Assembly: GCA_905178155.1 (NCBI GenBank)
Contig: CAJINV010000001.1
Coordinates: forward strand, 16,120,142 to 16,184,141
From: Amoebophrya sp. A120
Taxonomy: Eukaryota; Protista; Dinoflagellata
DNA length: 64,000 bases
Reading direction: 5' to 3'
The notes under the pieces are model-generated. The model saw only the letters and a program-made list of their open reading frames with translations, was not told where the DNA came from and did not search any database. Shown in pieces: positions 24,445-37,616 of the stretch; positions within the stretch are counted from its first letter, which is position 1; each line of letters starts with the position of its first letter. A program made the translations under genes and the position numbers.

Positions 24445-26683
24445 ATGTCCCTGAAGATGGTTGTTCCCACATGTAAAAGTTTTGCAAGCGCGTGTGCGCT
24501 ATGGACGCTGGGCTTGATATTTGGCATCAAGTTTCATGATGTTTTCATCAGCATTCCGCTGCAGTCCCGCTGGCGGGCGTCAGAAACCAGCGGGAACGCG
24601 TTCTCACGCATGTTTAAGGGAAGCGGGTCGCTCGCCCCGAGCGGATTTTCCAGCAGCACGGGCGGATCTCCGGCGCCGTCCCAGCAATCGAACAAAATCC
24701 CAGCCGGAAAAACCACCGGCACGGCCTCCTGGAAGACCGGGCTGGTGCGATATTTTCGACCAACGCTACCGTGGCAACGCTACTCCGAGCAGACAGCTGA
24801 AGCCGTATTCGGCCGCGGACTTGGTTCCGCCGTGGAGCGCGCCAGCCAGTGGCTCGCAGCCAAGACTGCGGCCGCCGGGGCCCCGCTGCTCGTTTTCGAC
24901 GAGACTGTCGACAGGGACATCTTGAAACCCGCGGCGGAGGAGGAGAAATCAGGTGCAGCCGTCGACGAACTCGACGCCGCCGCGGTTTTGGGGTTCCGCG
25001 CCAGACTCGGCAGAGAGGTGGGGCACAGCCGGTTAGCGGCGTTGCCACGCGGGAGTTTGTACGTCTTCCCGGTGACGAACTTGCGCGGTGTCGCGCTCGC
25101 ACACAGGCTGGTCGAACTCACATCCGCCGGGAAACCGCGGATCCCCAACCCACAAAAGTCCGACTACGGACTGCACTCAGTTGCGTGCTGGGTGATGGGC
25201 GAAACCACCATCGGCGAAAACGGGCTCAGCGGCGGCTGCGTCGTTGAGATTCGCCCGCCGGAAAAGGAGCTTGCTACCTACTTCCAAGCTGGGACAGGGG
25301 TTGTAACAGGGCTGCTGGGACAAAGTCGCAGCGCCGCCGCGGCGCCGAACATGCAACTGTGCGAAACTGTACCTCTGGGGGCAGCGGAAAAGGAGTCTGG
25401 TCCTGCTGGGTGTGAGAAAATGTAAAATTTCTGTGGCGGTCTTGCGATGTGTCGTGCGGAAAAAAATAAGATGCAGGTAAGCAATTGCATGGCACGGTAA
25501 GTGCTCCCTTTGCAGCCGCTACTGTGCGCCTACGTGGACGACCCTGCCATTCTGCTTGGAAGACATTTTCATATTTTCATTTAGCATGTGTGTGACCTCA
25601 ACAGCAATGGCTACAGTTCCATTTCCGCAAATATCTCTCCTCGATAATCGTCTTCTTCAGAAGAGCGAGGCTTCCGGGATACGGTCTACTTATTACCCAC
25701 AATGGCGGCGGCTCGAGGGTTCATCAGGAACTGCAAGCAACGTCGCTGCAGCTCCCGAAGCTAATATCGCTCCTGCAATGCCAGACATATCTTTCGGCAT
25801 TACCGCTGGGACAGCAGCAGCGGAACCTCCACCCGCCCCTGGTGCTAAAGAGAGCAGCGCCACTATCGCCTCAACAAGCGCGACTGAAAGCAGCACTATT
25901 ACAACAACGCCTGCAACATCTTCAGCACCGCCGCTTCCTTCGCCGCAACCCTCCAGCACGTTGTCCGCAGACGGGTCTTTGCAGCTTCCGCGCGACGACC
26001 CCACACAATGGGCGGCCGCGGCCTCGAAGTTCTGGGAGATCGCAAAGCAGACCGGCACCGACAAGGTCTCGTCTCACCGGTACCACGAGCTGTACGGGAA
26101 ATACTTACCCGGCAAGTTCCTGGACCCGAAACTGCGGAAGCACATCTTGTTTGAGATCGGCCTGGGCTGCACGATGGTGTACGGCCCGGGGAAGAGCGCG
26201 ACCCTGTGGCGGAAACTCGGGTTCGAGCAGGTGCATTTTCTCGAGTACTTCCCCAAGTGCGTGGAGTTGTACGAAAGCCGAATCAAGCAGGAGGGCTACC
26301 ATGTCCACGTGGGCAGCCAGGCGGACGTGCGCCGGGTGGAAAAGATCAAGGCAAGCCTCCAGGAGGAGGCCGAGGTGGTAATCGACGACGGGGGGCACCG
26401 CAACTACGAGATGATCACCTCCGTGTTCCAGCTCTGGCCCATCGTGCGCAACGGCGGCCTGTACTTCTGTGAGGACTGGAGCGAAACCGCGTACATCCCG
26501 GGTTACCTGGACGCCCCGGCGCGGATCGCAGAGCCGGGCGGCGAGCAGCCCGGCACCGCACAGTTCACCTTGGCCACGCTTCTGCGCCACATGTTCTGCC
26601 GCATCGTAGACGCGCCGTGCTTTGGCGGCCTAGTTTTCCTCGAAGCGCAGTATAACCACGTGATGCTGCGCAAGGCATTGTAG
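24445..26683 (+). CDS. Membrane-anchored protein with a C-terminal sugar O-methyltransferase-like domain (intron ~25410-25660, boundaries uncertain)
   Basis: N-terminal hydrophobic segment. C-terminal motifs GTDK..HRYHELY, LFEIGLG, GSQAD, VIDDGGH and GGLYFCED are typical of MycE/Methyltransf_24-like enzymes. Confidence 0.6.
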
Positions 26684-27571
26684 GAAATGAGTTTGTAGTG
26701 TGATGCAGACACAGGACTGGTCGCACTTGATGTTTACAGCGAAAAATGCAACTTTTGCACTGTGTGTGACAGAAATCCGCTGCCCTAGGCTTGTCGCGGC
26801 AAATTATGAACGTCGAGCTTGGATATTTAGAAATCGAGCAGCCGGGCGGGGACGTCAATGTCTGGTCGCTCTCGCGCCGTCGCAACACTACGTGTGTCTG
26901 CCGAAATGGTTGGTTTGGAGTTTTCAAGGTCAAGGAATGCTGGGAGGTGTGTTGATTGGTGGTGCCACGAGGGGGATGTCGCGGTGGCGAATCGCAGTAT
27001 GGGGTTTCGGCCGATGACGATGTCACAGGAGGAGCGCTTTTTTTTTTGAGGGCTGGGCACAACAAGAAGTGCGAGAAACAAAGAGGGATTATGCACAAGT
27101 ACTTGGCTGAGCTGTGGCGAGAGATGGCGCTCGGGTTTTGAGGGGCGGACGCGAGTGCTACGCTGTAAGTTTTTACGTCACGAAAAAGTGAGCGAAGCCT
27201 TCTGGGGTCACCAGTTCTTCCTAACAGGATTTTTTGAAGAAGTAAGTATACTGAAGATATTCTGCCGACGTTGCACGAAACGCTCTAGCGCTCGGGTGCA
27301 TCACTTGGCGCTGCACCGTGGCAACGAAAGAGCAAGGAGGTTCTTTTGACGCAGCAGAGCCCTGCTGTAATTGGACCCACGACCGCCCAAGCGGCCGCGA
27401 TTTGGGAAATACAAGCAGCGGAGAGACAAGACCGCGGGTCGTCGAGAGGAGCAGAGGCGTCGCTTCTCGCGGCAAGAATGTTCCCGCATAGAAGTCCTGG
27501 GCCGGCACGGCGGTCCTGATACAGGTCGAGAATAAGTTCTCGCAGGAAGAACCCGTGGCACTGCGATCAAA

Positions 27572-30500
27572 ATGCGGACCATCACGCTATGGCAGGACCG
27601 CGTGCCCGAGCGGGACAAGCTCTACTCGAACACCATATGGTCTCTGGCCTTCAAGCCGGACGGCAGCCAGTTGATCTGTGCTGTGGGCAATCGTGTCCTG
27701 GTGTACGACACAGTCGACGGGGACCTTCTGCATTCGCTGAAGGGACACAAAGACACCGTATACTGTGTCTGCTACGCCAAAAACGGGAAAAAGTTCGCCT
27801 CCGGGGGGGCGGATAAGCAAGTGATAATATGGACGCACAAAGCAGAAGGTGAGGACTTATGGGTCTCTTTCTTTGTTGCGAAGCTTCATGTGGGAGCCGC
27901 TTCCAAGTACTCGAATCGAGTAACTCGATGGCCACCGGCGCGCACTGCTCCTGCTATTGTTCATTCATATTAAAGTGACTTTCAGATTCAGAATCAGATA
28001 CAGGTTTACCAGTTTCGTTCTCGCATGGAAATAGCTTCAAGAAAAAAACCAGGTATCCTGAAGTACAATCACAACGACAGTATCCAGTGCCTTTCCTATA
28101 ACCCGGTCACGGGGCAACTTGCGAGCGGCACCGCGGGTGATCTTGGTTTATGGTCCCCCGAGCAGAAGTCAGTTTCCAAACACAAGGTCCGCAGCAAGAT
28201 TCTGTGCTGCGCGTGGACCAGCGATGGGCTGCACCTCGCGTTGGGCTTCTACGACGGCCACATTCACTTGTGCGACAAGAGCGGCGCGGAGAAAGTGGTG
28301 ATAACAAGGTCGGCACCTGTCTGGTCGCTTTGTTGGTCCAGCTCCGCGAGTGCAACCGGGCGGTCGTCCACCGACCCGGAGGTGCTGGTTGCCTGCTGCT
28401 GGGACCAGACCCTCAGCTTCTACAAGATCAGCGGGCAGGAGCATCTGCCGGAGAAAAAACTGGACTACGACCCGTGCTCCGTTGCGTTCCTCAGCCACGG
28501 CGAGTACTTCTGCGTGACCGGGAGTTCGGGCAAGCTGCAGCTGTACACGAGGGAGGGCGTGTTTCTGGGAGATTTGGTAAACCCGAACGCGCCCGCGGAA
28601 ACGAACGTACTTAACGTTGTGACATATATAGGACTGTACAAGTTAATAGTACAACCACGGAGTTTTTGTAGTTTAAGCCTATGATCACGAGAATAGTCTC
28701 ATGTAAGCTTCGAAGCCAAGTGGACGAAACAATGAAAAACAGGGCGACGACGGCAAGAAGGGCGCGGTAAAGAAAGACACGCCACCGGAGGCGGGCAATT
28801 GGAGCTGGGCACTGGCGGTGAAGCCAAAAACGAGTTCTTCGTCCAACAATGGATTTAACATCTGTCTTGGCACGCATGGCGGGGGCGTGACCATGTACCA
28901 ACTTCTGTTGTCCACGATCCACGGCCTGTACCAGGACCGGTACGCTTACCGAGAGATCGTCACTGACGTCATCATTCAGCACTTGGTAACCGAGCAGAAG
29001 GTCAGAATACGGTGCCGAGAGCATGTGAAGAAAATTGCCGTCTACAACGACAGGTACTGGCTTTTTGAAGTTTTCTGTCTACTATTTTCTTCTCCCACGA
29101 CTTCGACGCGTGTGAATTGACGTGGTTCTCGAACACAAATTCTAGGCTCGCGGTGCAGCTTCCGGATCGCGTGCTTATCTACGAAGCGGGCGTGTCGGAT
29201 ATGCACTACAAGAACATCGAGAAGATAAAGCAGAAATTCGAGTGCTCACTCCTTGTGGTCACCAAGCACCACATCGTGCTGTGTCACGAGAAAACGCTGC
29301 AGCTCATCGGCTTCGACGGCGTTCTAGAGCGCGAATGGAACCTGGAGGCGCTCATCCGCTACATAAAAGTCATCGGTGGACCCCCGAGGAAAGAAGGGAT
29401 ACTGGTATATCAACCGTGCAGACCACTAGCTGTACAGTTTTTTGTTCTTGTACTGAGTAACATCACAATTTGTCGTGTACGACACGATATCTTTCATCGC
29501 TGCAGGTCTGATAGTACACAGTAGCTGATGCTGAAACGATTTGGAAGACATTACCACCCTCTCAATTCAGGTCGGTCTCAAGTCTGGTCACGTGCTCAAA
29601 ATCTTCGTTGACAACCCTTTTCCGGTTTGCCTGGTGAAGCAGGCCACTGCGGTTCGGTGTTTGGATCTCAACTGTTCGAGAAAAAAGCTGGCTGTCGTGG
29701 ACGAGCAGAGCAATTTGCTCGTCTACGATCTCTCCAAATCCTCCACTCAAGCGCTGAAAAACCTGCAAGCCACGACGGCAGACGAGTACTACTTACTAGG
29801 GGTCTGTTTTGTCCGTGTGCTTTGCAAGAATGGGAGTCTACGTGCAAAAATCGTGAGTGAACCAAACGGAAGATCAACTTTATCGCCCACGAAATCTTTC
29901 ATACAGGTCCTCGACCACGACGAGCCGTGCGGAACTTTTGTACACCGAACCCGGTGCGAATTCGGTCGCCTGGAACTCGGAGATGGAGGACATGCTGGCG
30001 TATTCGGGGAACAACAACCTGAGCATCAAGACGGGCACCTTCCCGCCGCACGTGCAGAAGTTGCCCGGGTTCGTGGTCGGGTTCAAGGGCAGCAAGATTT
30101 TTTGTTTGCACTACGTCAGCATGCAGACAGTGGACGTGCCGCAGTCGGCGTCGCTGTACCGGTACCTGGAGAAGAAGAACTTCGAGACCGCGTACAAGGT
30201 CGCGTGTCTGGGCGTGACGGAGGCGGACTGGCGGCAGTTCGCGCTGTTCTGCCTGCAGAATCTGCGATTCGACCTCGCGCGCAAGGCGTTCATCCGGCTC
30301 CGCGACGTGAAGTACATCGACCTGCTGAACCGCCTGAAGGCACTGCTGCCGATCCAGTCCGCCGAGGACGAGGCGCTGCTGAACGGTCACATCGCCGCCT
30401 TCCAGGGCCAGTTCCAGCAGGCCGCGGAGCTCTACCTGAAGGCCAAGCAGGCGCACTTGGCCGTGGACATGTTCACGGACCTCCGGAGGTGGGAGGACGC

Positions 30501-33321
30501 GCGGTACTACGCGGAAATCGTGGAAACGCGCGGCGGGGCGGTGGCCACCACGGCGTCGTCGCCCGTGGACGATCCGCTGTCGCTCACCATCACCAGTCAG
30601 CACGACGTGGTGCGCAGCAGAGCAACGAGCCGGGTCGGATTTGACGAGGAGGGCCAGTTTTCCAGTACTGATAGACATAATGGACCTCGAATTCAAAGAG
30701 TTGTGTTGATCAAGAAATCAACAGTTTTCTTTCTGCAGTGTTAACAGCTTCCACTTCTTTCCCGCTCGATGAATTGTTCTTTGATGTGAAGACTCATCAC
30801 ATCTACGTTCACGGCACAGGTAAATCCGGCGCCGGCTCACCGCAGCAGGACCAGCGGGATCCTTCGTCTGGCTCGCGCGGCGGCGCCACGGTAGCGACCA
30901 AGCTGATGCAGCGACAAGCGGCCACGGCGGAGGAGGACGGAGACTTGCGGGCTGCCGGCGAGATGTACGTGCAGCTGGGAAAGTGGCGACGCGCCGTGGA
31001 GATTTTCTGCAAGATCAGTTGCCTGGACGCCCTGATACAAACGGTGCGCCGGCTGTCCGCGCACGGCGACCAGGATCTGTTGCTGATGGCGATCAAGTGC
31101 TTCAAGAAGGAGAAGCACCACAGTTTCGCAAAGGAAGCCATTCTGAAGCTGGGCGACATACCCATGCTGATCCAGCTGCACATGGACAATCATCGGTGGG
31201 AGGAGGCCTTCCAAGTGTGCCAGCAACACCCCGAACACGCCGCGCTCCTGTATCTTCCGTACGCCGAGTGGCTTCGCGAAAACGACCAATACCAGGACGC
31301 TATCGACTCCTACAGAGAAGCAGGCCGCTGCGACATGAGGTTTCGAATTAGAAGTAAACATATTAATTTTCCTATAAGACTTTTTCATTCGAACCAATGA
31401 AATAATTCGGAAATAAAGGCGGTATCCACCAACCAAAACGATACATTCTACAGTCTCGCTATGCTGGAAGACTTGGCGGAGAATGCGGTGACGGAGAAAC
31501 GGTACAAGGATGTTGCGGCGCTGTACTACCAGATGGCCTCGGAGGTAGTCCTGCTGGCCGAGATCAGCTCCTCCTCCTCGTCGATGAAAATTGACGAGGC
31601 ACTCCGGCGCTGCTACCTGCGGCGGGCGGAGATTTACTACCTCTACTCCCTGGTCCACGAGTTCTCCGAGGCGCCGTTCACCACGATGCTGCCCGAGAAC
31701 GTGTTCAACGTGTGCGTGACTCTGATCAACCTGCTAATGGACCCGGACTCGCACCGGTATCCTGTGCAAAAGCATCGTACTCGTATGAATTGCAGGTATG
31801 CATGACAAATCTGGTTTCCTACCCAAATCTGCATTACAAGTTCCAATTTTCTTCCTGATAAAATTTGTCATGCGATTTATACTAGTACGATACTTTTGCA
31901 ATGCATAACCGGCTTACGCCAGCGAAACGCGACCAGGACATGACGCTGGACGACGACGACCTGCGCCTTTTGCTGTCTGGTAGTGTAATAAACATGATTT
32001 TCGGCTTGTTCTGGTGTCATTTGGATCATTGTAATGAGAGTGTTGAGCGCAACCTCGTCTCAAGGACAAGGAGGTACAATCTGGTAAAGGATTCTCCGTC
32101 CGACGTCCTCGAAGGACAACATTTTGAATGCGATAGTGACGGATCATGCTTCTAGTCAAGTGTTAGTTCTTTGTTCTCATCCCGCGATGTCGTGTCTGGA
32201 TGAAAAATCAGGTAGCAATGGAGGGGCAGCTGGGCGAGCAGCACTGAACATGGCAAGCAAGAAGTTTTTGTTGCCAGAAGTGCCAGCGCGCGTGTCGCGC
32301 GTCCAGATCATGTACGTGCTAGCGAAGCAAGCGCAATTCCTGAAGGCCTACAAGCTGGCACGCACGTGTTTTGACCAGCTGCACTTGATGCGCGTCAGTA
32401 ATCCAGCGTGGCAACACCACATCGACCTCGGGAGTCTCAGTATGAAAGTGATTTTCTTCATCTTGTTTTCGATGGAAGCATTTCTAAGTCAGTGGTCGTA
32501 CACAGGATGACAGCAACGTCGATATAAACTGCATGATTGTAGTTTCGAACAAACCGAAATGCGAACGATAATTGTGATTGTGTGTCATAACTTTTTTTTC
32601 TCTGTTTCCGTCAGTGATCCGCAGCAAGCCGTTCAGCGACGCGGAGGAGCTGCAGACGGTGTGTTACCGCTGCATGAGCACCAATCCGATGCTGCGCCTG
32701 GGCGACGCGTGCACCAACTGTAGCCATCCGTTTGTGCGGTGCTTTTTGACCCTGGACGTGCTCCCGCTTGTCGAGTTCGTGCCCGAGCCATCCATCTCGA
32801 CCGAGGAGGCGCTGCGGCTGATCCAACGGGGCGGCACCAGCAAGATGCAGGTCGAGCAGCAGGACGCCTGGCGCGAGGGCGTGGACGCACGGACGGGGGC
32901 CAACACACTCTCCCTCGGCGGTGGGGGCGCCGGGGACGAGTTCAACAACGGGCAGCGCGAGGACCTCTTCGTGCAGAAAATGCTGGAGGCCGGCAACGTG
33001 TTCGTGCCCGGTGACGCCTACGCGGTTCTGACGGTCGATCGGGAAGTGCTGCAGGAAATGCCCCCGGAGGAGGTGTTCGTGATGGACTACTCGCACCAGT
33101 CGCCGCAGCTGGGCCTGAAGTTCTACAAAAACGTCATCCCGGAGATGCACATCCACCTCTGCAACTCCTGCGGGAAGTTCTTCCACGCGCAGGCCTGGGA
33201 GAAGGAGACGCTGGCCAGCGAAAAGTGCCCCTTCTGCTTTGCCTCCACGCTCACCAAGCCGAAAAAGTTCCAGGCCGGACAGAACGAGCGCCTCCTGTTC
33301 GTGCGGAAAACGGAAATCTGA
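27572..33321 (+). CDS. IFT122: Intraflagellar transport protein 122 (about 10 introns)
   Basis: WD40 N-terminus ([32 protein letters not shown]; [14 protein letters not shown]), [41 protein letters not shown]...CYRC, and a C-terminal CPFC. Confidence 0.95.
31753..31912 (+). mobile_element. Non-canonical (GT..CG) inverted-repeat intron in IFT122 with accgg direct repeat
   Basis: Arm tgcaaaagcatcgtactcgtatgaattgca matches the reverse complement of the right arm tgcaaaagtatcgtactagtataaatcgca at 26/30, plus gcatgacaaat/atttgtcatgc. Removing 155 nt restores the frame. Confidence 0.8.
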
Positions 33322-34800
33322 AGAGATCCGCTGCAGTGCAGTAGAGCCCGGGGGGTAGAAGTCGAGTATGGGTTCGGTATAAGATGTAGTAAAAAAACCC
33401 AATGTTGAAAATATTCGGCGGGGCGCTGGTGCAGCTTCAGGCATCGGAAGAAGTGGGTCGCTTTTTATTTCCATCTCGAACGGTTTTTTGCACAACGGGT
33501 TCATTAACGAATTTATGTTGGGAATTCATCACAAAACCAATAGTACATCCTGAGCGATCTTTTTATCAAAGGCAATTAGGTCAACAAACAGAAAAATTTG
33601 AATCGTCCAGATACATACGTAGCAACCAGTCTTTTATTAGTTTTACGTCCAGTAACAGTAGCAGGTCTTTTGTTCAAGCATGACAACTGCGACAAAAGGC
33701 AAATGCGATACTTAGGGTCAGAAGTGCAGTTGGGTAAGAGTCCGAAAAAGTTGCCGCAGGGCCGGAGAATAGCGGGTGAGATGTGAGTGACGTGGCCTGT
33801 TGATCTCCCTGTACCTGCTGCGTGCGCGTGTAGAAATTGATGTACAACGGATTCACAATTCACAGACAACCAGCCGTGTCGGTCACCCCTCAACTACGCC
33901 CGTGTACAATATGACTGAATAAAGATACAATTCCATTGCATGCGGTATCTATAGCGCGACCGTAACATACCGCCCAGATCGAGCAACGCAGCAACGTTGG
34001 TGTAGCGCGGTTGTTGGTGCAGAATCGTGTTTCACGTGCATGACCAGATCCAGATGCGAGATTGCATTGATTGAGATTGAAAAGACAAAAGAAATCTGAG
34101 GTGATCTAATATGAAATCGTGGGCGATTTACTCACGTCTGCTCGAACGTAAAAAAAAAAGATAAGATGAAAATCTAAATGCTTATCTTGACACAATAAAT
34201 GCAGATCCGCACGAAAGCAAAACCAAAAAAGGATGAACATGGATCATGCAACAGCTTCCTATCGGTATCGGTTCATGTGAAAGGGAAAATGCTGCTAACG
34301 GAAGATCCGCGGAATCATTTTTGTGGATACAGTGATGATTATTGTGCCTCGAAATCGTCCCAGAAAAGTATAAGACGAGTCCAAAGACGCGTAACTACCA
34401 AAAGAGGAAAGGTGATTAGCAAACGGTGATTATCAAAAAGACTACGTATTTCCGACGATTTGCACCTGCAGTAAAAATTTTCTTGAACGAGATAAGACTT
34501 TTCGAAAAATTAAGTGGCATAAGTTAGTACTAAAACAGATCATTTTCATTCAAATCCTGTACGCAACGGCGGAGAAATAAAATTTACATTATCATCAAAC
34601 AAAACTGCACTCCTACATTATCATCAAACAAAACTGAAGTAGAGCTCAAGGAGGCATCTCTATTTTTTAAAAACGAACCGACTTCGGGCTACACGGTCGC
34701 AGTCCTGTTATTTTTGAAACATTCGGGAGAGACGAAGATCAAGATATCATATATAAGGGTATCAAAATCCTATAATTAAAAAATTTACTACACAAGTGAG

Positions 34801-36870
34801 ATGAACAAGACCATCAAAATGAAACGCGTTTGTGTTGCCTTCACCGTTTTCGTGGCGTTGGCGGAGTGCGCGAGCCCGGGAAGTCCGTCTGGAGGGCGTC
34901 GCGCCCCCGCTCCTACTTACTATGATACAGATGTCGTGGCGTCATTGGCGCACGCGCAGAGCCCGCCGGTGCCGCCCACAGGAATTTTTTCGGGCGGCTA
35001 CCCATCGCCTCCGGGCACTCCGACCAGAGGTACTAGTCAAGGCAGCAGGCCGCCTTCGCTGCGACACAGACGCAGGACTCCGAGCCAGGGCAGACTGCCG
35101 CGCGGCACTCCGCCACAGAAAGATACCAAAGGAGCATCGTCATCTCGTTCGCCTCCACCCCGTGCTGCGCGGTTAACGTATGGCACCCCGCCACAGGCAC
35201 CTCAGATGACTACTCCCGATGCAAATGGGCGAAGTTTCCGCGACCCCCCGTCGGGACCAAACCGGCGAGCTGCGCAGCGCGCTGCGGACAACGCGGGGAG
35301 CCTTGAGCTGGCTCCCGTGAGGGCAGCTGCAGCGTTTTACGATTCGCATCCAGATTACTTTCTGGGAGAGGTCGCGCCGCTGTTCACCGGTTCGCAGTTC
35401 CAAGTACCGAGAGAGGATCTTCGGAAGTGCGTTCGGAAAACAGGAAACGACGTATTCAGAGGCTGGACTGCGTTCCTGGACCGCGTGGCGGAGGCGCGCT
35501 TGGAAGCTGGACTGCGTGGTTGTTTGCGGCTGGCGTTTCACAGATTTTGGATGGCGCGCTTGGAGTTAGAGTGGAGCGAAGAGCTACACGACTTCGCGAA
35601 GACGCTTGCGCATTCGAAGCTGCAGGCAAAGGTGTATAAGGTCGGTGACGCCGTCGCGCTGGTGCCAGCAGCAACAGCGCCTACGCGAGCAGAAGCCAAA
35701 TTTCATGACCAGGCAGTGAAGCTTGACTTGCGGCTCGCCGAGCCCGACATGACCTGGGAAAGCGTTGAGGCGGTTGTGGACGTGAAGAAACTGGAGGAAA
35801 GCGGTGCGCAACTGGTGTTCGATGCGTCGCAGCCTGACAAGCACACCCCATTTTTCGCGAAAAACGAGCCGCGCGTCTTTGGGGAGTGCGAGCCCTGGCT
35901 CGGTTTCATTTGGGATCCAAAAGTGAGGGCCAACAAATTTCACGAGACTTTTTACGAACGCGCGGAAAGGACACTGGTCCCGAAGGTCGCGGGCGTCTTT
36001 CGTGAAGTTGTGCGGGATGAGTATCGCGAAATACTTGGGGAGTATCCATTCAGAAGCGAGACTTTTCTCCAAACCTGGTTGACCGAGAACGAACCGGAAA
36101 ATGCATGGCCGCTGAGACATGGTTATGGACCGAAGACACAGTTGACGAAAGTGGCTCTCATGGCATTCGAGAAGACATGGCAGATGGCATCGAAAACCTT
36201 CGAGCTTCGGCGACTCCGGGCGCTCCCGTTTCTTGTGCGGAAGGCCTATCATGGCCGTTTCCAGCGGGAAAGCGCGGTCACGAACGAAGGCCTGCGCGAG
36301 AAGTGGCAGCCGGCCAATCTGGAAAGTCTGCACTCTGTTTGGCGCGATCATCTCACAAATCCGATCACATTGAAAAACCGCAAGGCGACGCTGATCGGCG
36401 CTGGCGAGGACGAGTGGTACCTTTGGGATCTGAACGCGAAAAGGCACTGGCAACACGAAGAAGGTGCAGCCTTAATGCAAGGCAGCCCGAATCACCGGAG
36501 GAAAATGCGAGATGGGTCCGCGTGTCGGCCGCAGGTCACCGACATGAATCTCGTGAAAATGGGTCTGGACGGGTCGCTTGTCGCGAACCGAACCCCTGAA
36601 CTTCGTAGTACGATGAAGATTTCGGCCCTACTGCGAGAACTTCAGGCGGTGCTATCTGGCGAAAAGCAATTTGTCGAGCTCGAGATGCCAAAATTGGACA
36701 GCGACGAGCACCAGGAGGAAGAGAGGAGTCGTGTGCAGGCAGCTCAAGCAAATCGAAATTTGGTCGCTGGTGCTCAACAAAATGCTATTCTCGCAACTCC
36801 CGGCGCCTTCGCTGCTGCCGCAGGTGCCAGGCCGCTTTTCGCCCTTCCGGCGGGGCTGGGGAGGGCATGA
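34801..36870 (+). CDS. Intronless putative secreted protein of unknown family (paralog A)
   Basis: Signal-peptide-like MKRVCVAFTVFVALAECA, a Pro/Ser/Thr/Arg-rich region, then a domain shared with 39951-42668. Confidence 0.8.
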   Translation: MNKTIKMKRVCVAFTVFVALAECASPGSPSGGRRAPAPTYYDTDVVASLAHAQSPPVPPTGIFSGGYPSPPGTPTRGTSQGSRPPSLRHRRRTPSQGRLPRGTPPQKDTKGASSSRSPPPRAARLTYGTPPQAPQMTTPDANGRSFRDPPSGPNRRAAQRAADNAGSLELAPVRAAAAFYDSHPDYFLGEVAPLFTGSQFQVPREDLRKCVRKTGNDVFRGWTAFLDRVAEARLEAGLRGCLRLAFHRFWMARLELEWSEELHDFAKTLAHSKLQAKVYKVGDAVALVPAATAPTRAEAKFHDQAVKLDLRLAEPDMTWESVEAVVDVKKLEESGAQLVFDASQPDKHTPFFAKNEPRVFGECEPWLGFIWDPKVRANKFHETFYERAERTLVPKVAGVFREVVRDEYREILGEYPFRSETFLQTWLTENEPENAWPLRHGYGPKTQLTKVALMAFEKTWQMASKTFELRRLRALPFLVRKAYHGRFQRESAVTNEGLREKWQPANLESLHSVWRDHLTNPITLKNRKATLIGAGEDEWYLWDLNAKRHWQHEEGAALMQGSPNHRRKMRDGSACRPQVTDMNLVKMGLDGSLVANRTPELRSTMKISALLRELQAVLSGEKQFVELEMPKLDSDEHQEEERSRVQAAQANRNLVAGAQQNAILATPGAFAAAAGARPLFALPAGLGRA

Positions 36871-37616
36871 ACCTCGCGGGAAGATTGATGCGTGAAACCA
36901 CTGATGCAACCGCGCAGGAGGATGTTGCGGCGCAGTCGCTCTATGTCTGAGCTGCGCCAGGATCTTTCTTTATACCGATTATTTGAGCTCGGAGCAGTAT
37001 CCGATCTATGGAACTTTTTGTGTGAGTGGTAAAAAAAAAGATTTATGAGGGGTATCTACATAATTTTCGTGCTCCGTCTCGCCCGCCTTCCGAAGAAAAT
37101 ATGAAGATCAGGTGGAGCATGACTAACGGTCGCAGGTAACCCAAAAACCTGTCGACTTTCTTAGGGCGTCCTATGTAAAAAGTACCTCTTTATTCGCTTT
37201 GGCAGAGCTTCAATTTAGTATCTTGAATTTTGGTGCTCTAACCACTGCAAAAAAAAGTCACTACAGGAGGGTTTAGCGATTTCGTGGCCGATCCTGGAGC
37301 TGCGCGTGCGTGGCTTCAGTTTCGAGCCCGAGTTGGGGGGCAGATAGACGCCCGCCACTCGATCATGCGAAGTCCGAATTTTCGAGTGATCTTACACAAA
37401 TGAAAGGCGAAAACATTCATTAAAATTTGCATTGCGCGAGGGAGAAAGATGAACAATTAGCTAGTACCTAGCTCAAGATTACTTCAGTAATGTGAACTTG
37501 TCTACTCTAGTAGAACTAGACATTCGCGAGCAAACCAGGCGTCCTGGTCCACGACTAGGCAACACTTTACACTGTATTATTTGTGCGGGGAGACCAAGGG
37601 AGAATGAGAGCCCCGG

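Noticed and set aside
32440-32614. Apparent non-canonical IFT122 intron with an agtgat direct repeat
   Set aside because: A canonical GT-AG intron 32440-32614 gives LGSLMIRSKPF, which fits IFT122 better.
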